Origin: Pelagomonas calceolata
Taxonomy: Eukaryota
Direction: 5' to 3'
Length of the DNA stretch: 64,000 nt
NCBI GenBank assembly: GCA_918797485.1
Contig: CAKKNE010000003.1
Coordinates: 4,898,001 to 4,962,000, forward strand
Each line of letters opens with the position of its first letter. Position 1 is the stretch's first letter. This document shows positions 54,841-64,000 of this stretch, piece after piece. A program made the translations under genes and the position numbers. The notes under the pieces were generated by a model that saw nothing but the letters and a program-made list of their open reading frames with translations, did not search any database and was not told where the DNA came from.

Positions 54841-57800
54841 ATGGCGCGGCGGCAGCACGTAGCCGTGGCCGCGTGCCTCGCCGTGTTCCTGAGTGGGGCC
54901 CTTTACGTGGCCGGCGGCGGTGCCGCTGCAGCCGCGCGCGCCCGCCGCCTGCTGGGGCAGCCCGGCGCCGCGGGCGCGGAACTGACGCTCGCGGCGAAAG
55001 CGCCGGCAAACTCGGCCTCGCCGCGCATCCCGAGGCGCGTCTTTCAGACGGCGCGGTCGGCGGCCGACGTAGACGCAGACCTCTCTCGAAGACTCGAAAC
55101 CACCAGCCCCGGCTTCGAGCGCGTATTTTTCGACGACGCCGCCGCGCAGGAATACATGGCGAGAGCATACGCGGGAACGCGGATACTCGACGCGTACGAG
55201 GCCGCGCCGCGCGTCGTGATGCGCGCGGATCTGTTTCGGCTGGCGGTCGTCGCGAGGGAGGGCGGCTTCTACTTCGACGTCGACGTGTACGTCAAGCGGT
55301 CGCTGGAGCCGCTCGTCGCGCACGCGGCCGTGCTTCCCATGGAATGGTGGCTCTCCGACGACGCGTTTATGGAGCGGCATCACAGAAATGTTCTGGATGC
55401 GGAGGAACACTGGCAAGTTGGCAACTACGCCTTCGGCGCGCGACCCAACCACCCGCTGCTGATCGACGCGCTCGACGAGGCCGCGAAAAGGACGCTGGCG
55501 GCGGTCGGCGCGCCCGGCGATGCCGACGTCCTTCGGACGACCGGACCATACATGCTCAGCGAACTCTACCACGCCGGGCGGCGCGCGGGAAAGTACGCCG
55601 ACGTCGTGCTGCTCCGAGGCGACGCAGAGCCACGCGTGGGCCGTGCGACGAGGGGTGGCGCGGACTGGCACAAATTCGGAAGCTTCGCCGAGCATCTCCT
55701 CGCGCACACGTGGGTAACAGAGGCGAGCCGTCGGCTCGACGAGACGTACGATGACGAGACGTACGACGACGAGACGTACGACGACGAGGCCTCGGGCGAC
55801 CAGGGCTCGTACTCGTACGAGGCCTCGGGCGACCAGGGCTCGTACTCGTACGAGGCCTCGGGCGACCAGGGCTCGTACTCGTACGAGGCCTCGGGCGGCC
55901 AGGGCTCGTACTCGTACGAGACAAGCTCCGCGGGCGACCAGGGCTCGTACTCGTACAGCTCCTCCTACGGCGGCGTCCCGAACGACAGCGTCCTCTGCCC
56001 CGGGCTCCCGGCTGCGGCCTACTGCGACTGCGGCGGCGATTGCACCGGCCAACCCGACTGGTGCGCGTGCCCGGAGGCCTTGGAGTGCTGCGGACAGTCA
56101 CAAGCGCCCTACTCGTACTCGTACCGTCCCTGTCCCGACGAAGAGGATGATTTTACGGACTGCCTCTCGTCTACGCCCGGTTTCACGGCTGACGACGACT
56201 TCTTCACCGACGACGACTTCGACCACAGCGGCCACGACCACGGCCGGCGTCTGGACGACTTTTCGCCGGAGACATGCGACGACGTCCAGCAGTGGCTTTC
56301 AAACGGACAGTGCGCCAACGGGCCCGCCGCATGTCAGGCGGAATATCAGGCGTACGTCGAGTGCACTTACGAGGACTTGGCCCTGAGCGCACTCGGTCTC
56401 GCGTGCGATTTCAACTGCTCGTCAACGGGAATTTGGGACGGCTGCGACTGGGTGCAAAGCAACAGCAACACGGCCAGCGAGCAATATATTGGGGACGCGG
56501 CCTCGCCGGACGAATGCATCGCCATGGTCCTCGCGCAGTGCCCGGACGCGACGATCGCCAACCTCGCAGTCGACGGAGAGGGGTCATGCTGGTGCCAGTA
56601 CGGAGAGGATCCTCAACCCGACTCCTCGGGCTGGATGTCCTGCGTGCTCCCGCTCGCAACGATGCTGGTCTACGAGGACGAAAACTGTGCCGTCGAAATC
56701 GGCGCCGATGGCGTCGCGTGCGACTGGAGCGCAGGCTTGGGCAACGACGACCTTGGTCAGCAGCCATATTACTATGGAACAGCAGACGACTACCACACCA
56801 ACGACGGCGTGTACTACGGAGCAGCAGACGACTACTACACCAACGACGGCGTGGACTACGGAGCAGCAGACGACTACTACACCAACGACGGCGTGGACTA
56901 CGGAGCAGCAGACGACTACCACACCAACGACGGCGTGTACTACGGAGCAGCAGACGACTACTACACCAACGACGGCGTGTACTACGGAGCAGCAGACGAC
57001 TACCACACCAACGACGGCGTGTACTACGGAGCAGCAGACGACTACTACACCAACGACGGCGTGTACTACGGAGCAGCAGACGACTACTACACCAACGGCG
57101 TGTACTATGGAGCAGCAGGCACTACTACACCAACGACGGCGTGGACTACGGAGCAGCAGACGACTACTACACCAACGACGGCGTGGACTACGGAGCAGCA
57201 GACGACTACTACACCAACGACGGCGTGTACTACGGAGCAGCAGACGACTACTACACCAACGACGGCGTGTACTACGGAGCAGCAGACGACTACTACACCA
57301 ACGACGGCGTGGACTACGGAGCAGCAGACGACTACTACACCAACGACGGCGTGGACTACGGAGCAGCAGACGACTACTACACCAACGACGGCGTGTACTA
57401 CGGAGCAGCAGACGACTACCACAACAGCAGACGGCTACTACAAGACGATTACCACACCAACGACGGCGTGTACTACGGAGCAGCAGACGACTACTACACC
57501 AACGACGGCGTGTACTACGGAGCAGCAGACGACTACCACACCAACGACGGCGTGTACTACGGAGCAACAGACGACTACCACACCAACGACGGCGTGTACT
57601 ACGGAGCAGCAGACGACTACTACACCAACGACGGCGTGTACTACGGAGCAGCAGACGACTACTACACCAACGACGGCGTGTACTACGGAGCAGCAGACGA
57701 CTACTACACCAACGACGGCGGGTACACGTACTGGGGAACCGGCAATGGCTGGTGTTCCTCCGACCTCGACGAATTGATTGGCAGCACGTCGGATGCCAGC

Positions 57801-58048
57801 GCCTGCTGGACAATGTGCGAGAATACGTATGCCGACCTCGTGGCCATCGATTGGACTCCTGACGGGGAGTGCTGGTGCCAGGACGACTGTCAGTGCATGG
57901 AGGACACGGACAACGACGACATCCACCTCATCACGGGCAGCTCGATCGCGACGCTTCCCAACGAGTGCGTGTCGGCGTGTCCCGCGGAAGAGGCGGCTTT
58001 CCAAGACTGCCTCAGCAAGCAACAAAGCCTCGACGACGACTTCTTTGC

Positions 58049-58080
<32 letters not shown>

Positions 58081-61000
58081 ACGACTTTTCGCCGAATACC
58101 TGCGACGACGTCCAGCAACATCTCTCGAACGGAGAGTGCGAGGGGCCCGCCGTCTGCCAAACGGAGTACCAGGCGTGGGTCGAGTGCCATTATGAGGACA
58201 TGGCCCAGAGCTTCCTAGGCCTCACGTGCGACTTATCCTGCTCCGGCAACCTCGGCAGCGACTACTACACCAACGACGGCGTGCTGGTGTCATGGACGCT
58301 CCAGCTCTACGGCCACCAGCCCACAGAAAAGTACCTGAACTTTTACCTCGACGGGGTGCGGGTTAAGAACAGACGCCTGAACGGGACAATGGCAATCAAC
58401 ACGCGCGCGGGCGACGGCAGCATACGGCTGGGCGCGAGCATACGCAGCGAGGTCACATTGGACGGCGCCGTCGACGACATCTACGTCTACGACCGGACGC
58501 TCAACCCCGACGAGATCAAGATTCTCTATCAGGACGTAAGCTCGCCGCCGCCGACGTCCCTGCCGACGTCCCTGCCGACGTCCCTGCCGACGTCCCTGCC
58601 GACGTTCCTGCCGACGTCCCTGCCGACGTCCCTGCCGACGACGTCCCTGCCGCCGACGTCCCTGCCAACGTCCCTGCCGACGCCCCGGCCGACGTCCGTG
58701 CCGACGTCCGCGCCGACGTCCCTGCCGACGACCCTGCCGACAATCTCGTTCGCGCCGACGAAGCCGAGCCTCACGCTGACGTCGGCGCTCGTCCTCGACG
58801 GGACGTCGAAAAGCAGCTGGAACGCCGCCTACGAAGAGACCTTCAAACAGAGCCTCGTCGACGTGAGCGCCCTCATCGAGAGCACGGACGACTTCGTAGG
58901 CAACCTCACGGTCTCCGACGGCGCGCGGCGGTCGCGGACGCGGCGGCGACGCCTCCAGGACGCGTCCGTCAGCGTCTCGTTTGTGGTCCGGGTAGACGTG
59001 GACACCGGCGAAGACGGCGCCGTCGACATCGACTCGTACGTGACTGCTTTCGAGGCCGAGCTCGTGAGCGCGACGACTGTCGACGAACAGACTGGCGTGT
59101 CGCCGTTGGACATTGCGCTCCAAGCCACGGCCGAAGAGAAGGGCTACGAGGTGAAAATCACGGCGGACCAAGAGGCGTCGCACTCTATGATCGCGACGGA
59201 GACCGGAGGCGTCGAATCGTCGCGGCCGCCGACAGCGGCGCCGTCGCCAGCGCCGTCGACGGCGCAGCCGACGACGCCAAGGCCGACGCCCAAGCCGACG
59301 CCGGCGCCGAGCGTCACGCCTGGGAACCCGACGGCCGTGCCGGTCCCCGCGCCGACGCTGGCGCCGACGATAGAGTCGTGCGAAAAGGTCCGAGAGCGCA
59401 CGGGCCCGCCGCCGGACGTGGACTCGGCCCGGTTCTCGTCGACGGGCGCGAGCATCCTCGTCGACCTCGACGCGGCGTCGGACCAGGCGGGCATGCTCGC
59501 GGGCGAGTACTTTCCGTGCGCCGAGCTCCTCGACTTCGCCGACGTCGACACGGCAGAGTGCTTCTGGGTCAGCGCGACGCAGATCTACGCCGAGGTCAAC
59601 AAAGCGCTCGATTTCGTACCGGGCGAGAACGTGACGCTCCGAGCCAACACGACGATGCTCGCGTGCGACGACGACCGCTGCGAATGTCGCGTGCGCAACA
59701 CCGCGTCGAGCGTGCCGGCGGACCCCCCGGACCCGCTGCCCGACGTCGAACCGGTCTTCCAGGTGCCCGACTCGATCGCCGTTTGCGAGGAAGGCGGCCT
59801 CGCAGTCGAAGCGTCGCAGTCGATCGGCTCGGGCGGCCGCGAGTGGAAGCAACTCGTGTGGTCCGTGAACGCGACGGGTCCGCCGGAGTCGCGAGCCGCG
59901 GCGAAGGTAAACGGCACGTGGGAAAACGCGACCGAGGCCCTCGAGAGCATGCAACATAGAGCAGCGAATGATACCTCGTCCGAGTTCACCGCAGAGGCGA
60001 CCGAGCTGCAAGCGCTCGCCAACGGCGGCTTCGACACGCTCGTCCTGTCCCTCGCGCTCGAGAACTTCCTGGGCAGCACGAAAACAGAGTCCGTGGAAAT
60101 GAAGCTCTCGACGAAGTCGATCCCGTCGGTCCTCATCGTCGGCGGCGCCAACCAAGTGGCGAAGGTCGGCAACGCGCTGACCGTCGAGGCGTCGGGGCTC
60201 GCGTCGGGCTGCGACGGGCGCAGCAAGGCGCAGCGCGCGGTCGACTACGCGTGGAACCTCTACCGCCTCGACGGCGTCGACGACCCGGAGGAGGATTGGA
60301 CGCAACTCGCCGAGGGCGCGAGCGCCGATTTCGTGAACGTCGCGGCGAACAAGCGCTACTTCCAGCTCGACCCGTTTTCGCTCGACTCCGGTACGACGTA
60401 CGTCGCGCGCGCGGAGGCCACCGACACCAAGTACGACCTCTCCAACACGGCGGACGTCTACCTCGCCGTCGGCGTCGGCAGCGTCGTCGCGGTGATCGAG
60501 GGCGGCGACCGCGTCGTGTCCGTCCAGGACGAGCTGCAGCTCGACGCGTCCTCGTCGTTCGACGAGGACATCAATCCGGACTGCGGCGACGGCGCGGGCG
60601 ACTGGCGGGCGAACTTTGGCCGGCGCAGACTCGCTCATAACGATGCGCACGGGACGCGCACCGCGGGCGACTGCGGCACGGGCGACGACGCGGGCCTGTC
60701 GTTCTCCTGGATCTGCGAGGAACTCGAGGTACGCGACGACGGGGAGAAACAAGTAAACGGAAGCTGCGCCACCGACACCGAACCCTTCCCGACGGGCGTC
60801 TGGGCCTTGAAGTCGGATAAGCAGCGGCTGATTTTCTTGGGCACTTGGCTCGGCACGGGCAATTACCGCTTCACGGTGACGGCCGCGTCGGCCGATGCTA
60901 GGAACTCCACCACCTCCGTCGACATCGAGCTCATCAACGAGGAGCCGAGCAAGGTCGTCGTGTCAAACTTCGCCCGGAAGGTGAACGCGGCGGAGAAGCA

Positions 61001-64000
61001 GACGATCCTGGGCCTCGTCACGCCGCCGGACGGCGTGACCATCGACGACCTCACGACGACGTGGACGCTCGCCGAAGGCGACCTCGAGGCCGGCCAGACG
61101 CTCCGGGAAGTCGCCAAGACCCGGGTCGAGCTCCAGGGCGCCGACCTAGCCTCGGGCCAGCGGTATCACGACCTCGTCCTGAGCCTCGGTGCGATGGTGC
61201 CCGGCGGAACGTACAAGTTCCTCCTCACCGCGACGCTGACGTCGGAGACCGGCGACACGACCGAGGGCTACGCGAGCGTCTCCGTGTCGGCGTCGGCGCT
61301 GCCGTCGGCGGGCGTCGTCGCGGCGTCGCCGCGCAAGGGCTTGGAGCTCGAGACGCCGTTCGAGCTCGTCGCGAGCTACTGGGTCGGCGACGAGCTGCCG
61401 CTCAAGTACGGCTACGAGACGGATGACTCGGTCCTCCGGACCCCGACGGCCAACCCGAAGCTCGCGGACGTGCGCCTCTCCGTGCCAGTGGCGACGAGCG
61501 GTCGCGGCGGTGGTCGCGGTGGGCGGCTCTTGCGGCGCGCGCGGCGGCGGCGGCTCAGCGACGAGGAGGAGGCCGCCCGTGGTAACGTCACCCTCCGCGT
61601 CGTGGTCGTCGACCAGGTCGGCGCCAAGGGCCAGGGCGAGACGTCGGTCGTGGTCATGGAGAACGTCCTGGAGGCAGAGGCGCTCGCGAACCTGACGAAC
61701 GAGCTTCTCGACAACGCGTTCGCTGCCGCGGACCTGTCGGCCGTGTGCTCGGCGGTATCGGCGACGTCGAGCGCGGCCGTCGCGGCCGTTGGCGACCCGT
61801 CGCGCCGCCGCCTGCAGGGCGCGGACGACGAGCCGAGCCTGCTGGGCGGCATCGTCGGCTCGCTCGCCAAGGCCGCGACGGAGCTCATGAACGCGGATCC
61901 CGACGCGATCGAGCAGACGACGGTCGCCGTCGGGGGCCCCATCGCGGACCCGCGCGCGCTCGACGACAACTCGGCCTTCGAGGCCCTGGACATGGTCAAC
62001 GGCCTCTCGGCGTCGGCGGGCGACGTGGGCCTCGGCAGCGGCGAGTCGTCGACGGCGGACGCGGCGGCGGGCGCGGTGTCGAGCATGCTCGGGAGCGCGC
62101 TCTTCGACACGCCCGAGGACGCGGCGTCGACGGGCAACGGCACGCGGCGGCGCCTCACCGCGGCGCGCTGGGCGCGGCGGCGGCGCCGCCTCGCCGGCAA
62201 CCAGACGTCCTTGTACTCGTACTCGTACGACGACGACGCCGCGGCGGCGGCGGCGGAGGTAGATGCGGCATCGACCGTGCTCCTCGGCGTCGCGGACAAC
62301 CTGGCCAAGGCCCAGCTGGACACGATCATCGCAAACGAGGCGGCGGTCGGCGTCTCGAGCGACGTGTACTCGAGCGCGAACCAGGTCGTCTCCATGTCTG
62401 ACGGCTCGACGACGGCCGCGGAGCTCGGCCCGTCGCTCGGCCTAAACACGTCGGCGGCGCTCAACCTCTCGGCCGACGTCGACTTCACCACGGAACTGTC
62501 GCAGTTCTCGGCCAACCCGCACGGCGGCGACAAAAACGGCTCCGCGGCGTCGTCGGACACGATACGCTTCGGCCTGGGCGACGCTGGCGCCGGCTCCGCG
62601 GACGCGACGGCGCGCCGGCGCCTCAGCGCGGCGCGCCGGCGCCTCCAAGAGGTCACTCCGGCTCCAACGCTCGCGCCGACGACGGCCGCGCCGACGGTCT
62701 CGCCGACGTTCTCGCCGCCGCCGAGCGCCGTGCCGACGCCCGCGCCGACGGTCGCGCCGACGGTCGCGCCGACGACGGCGCCGACGTCGGCGCCGTCGAT
62801 CTCGGCGGCGCCGACGGCCACGTTCGCGCCGACGCCGGCGCCGCTCAAGACGCCCGTGGAGCTCGTCATCCCCGGGACGGCGGCCGCGAGCAACGCGACG
62901 CCCGCCGTCCTCAACGTGACGTGCCTCTGCGACGTCGAGGAGAACAAGACGGTGACGTGTCCCGACAACTCGACGCAGCACTTCTGGTGCAACGGCATGC
63001 CCGGCGAGCACTCGCTGGTCTGCGGCTCGACGACGAGCGGCTGCGCGACGTGGGACACGACGCGCGGCAGGTACGTCATGCCCGACTACTGCGAAAAGGT
63101 CGCCGGCGACGACGGCGAGACGACGTGCCTCTGCGACCTCGAGCTCGGCGCGGCGGCCGACTTCAGCACGGCCGACGGCGCGACGGATGCGATGGCCGCG
63201 TTCAAGAGCATCATGGGCGCGCCCATCGACCTCTCGAAGGCGCTCATGATGATCATCATCCTCCTCAGCATCCTCGTCTTCCACACGGGGTGGAGCGTCG
63301 TCGGCGGCGCGCAGGACCGGTGCGACGAGAAGGCCGAGGCGGACGCGGCGCTCGTCGCGACGAGCGCGTTCGACGTCGACGCGGACCTGCCCGTCGGCCA
63401 GGGCGCCGCGGCGGCGCTCGCGCGGCGGACCGAGGCCATCTTCACGAAGCAGTCGTGGGGCCACTGGTGGGACGTCATGTGTGCCGAACACCCCATCCTG
63501 AACATCGTCTTCGTCCACGACGACACGCCGCGCTTCGTCCGGATCTGGGCGTTCGCGTTCGAAGTCCTCTGCGGCCTCTGGGGCATGGCGCTCGAGGTCA
63601 TGCTCAGCTACCCCGAGCCGGACCCGGAGTGCGCCTCGTATACGGCGCAGTGGGAGGCCTGCGACTACTGCCCCGAGGCCATCGTCGGCGGCGTCTGCTA
63701 CCCCGAGAAGATCGGCCAGCTCGGCACGGTCGTTCAAGACCAGGGCGACGGCACGTTCGCCGAGGTCGAGACGACGATCTGCCCCAAGGCCTGGAAGGCG
63801 GCGCGCACCGCGTGCGAGGACGACGGCATCAAGACCCGGACGATCGTCGGGAACAAGCTCTGCCTCTGGAATCGCTGCGCCGAGGAGTGCTGCGACTTCT
63901 ACGCTGGCGGCTGTCCCGACGACCCGCCCGACGACAGCGCGTCGCCCGAACACTACATGTGCCTCATCCTCGTCATGATCGTCTTCATCCCCATCGTCAT
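54841..64000 (+). CDS. Giant polycystin-1-like membrane protein: GT32, Cys-rich modules, 14-aa repeats, LamG, PT-rich stalk, REJ, GPS, TM helices; 1-nt frameshift at ~57120; 3'-truncated
   Basis: [28 protein letters not shown] (GT32). Frame 3 appears open from 57123 to the window end (spot-checked): [51 protein letters not shown]. Confidence 0.75.
55740..55960 (+). repeat. Coding tandem repeats (ETYDD)x3 and ([11 protein letters not shown])x5
   Basis: 15-nt and 33-nt units seen directly. Confidence 0.9.
56770..57720 (+). repeat. Coding 42-nt tandem repeat, ~22 units
   Basis: Unit ACTACGGAGCAGCAGACGACTACTACACCAACGACGGCGTGT ([14 protein letters not shown]). Confidence 0.95.

Noticed and set aside
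56770..57720. CRISPR-like regular repeat
   Set aside because: Contiguous 42-nt coding tandem units with no unique spacers and no cas genes.

Overview
Eukaryotic, gene-dense, GC-rich genomic DNA, most consistent with a pelagophyte alga such as Aureococcus (inferred from extreme GC3, short GC-AG introns and introner-type introns; not verified by search). About 24 protein genes are present. Very GC-rich conserved genes (MYND-RING-TPR, TMEM65-ACT, Tudor-SN, SAM-Pellino, ENO4-like pseudo-enolase, EF-hand cNMP-gated K+ channel, MED20, NDUFAF5, SLC35B-type transporter, START) are interleaved with about 15 glycan-modifying genes (GT8, GT25, GT31, GT32, seven sulfotransferase domains), several visibly lower in GC. 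The last 9 kb encode a giant GT32-LamG-REJ-GPS-TM polycystin-like protein that runs off the window. Intergenic DNA is a patchwork of transposon pieces: a ~200-bp Copia LTR with TA...TA ends (about 13 copies, nearly all co-oriented and upstream of genes), a Gypsy 3' end, 8-bp-TSD MITEs, a CAC...GTG 2-bp-TSD element nested in itself and a ~1-kb foldback. A recurrent GGTACCGTA/TACGGTACC motif array lies just 5' of many genes and abuts LTR ends. No rRNA, tRNA or CRISPR array was seen. Splice sites and repeat boundaries were read by eye and may be off by a few bases.
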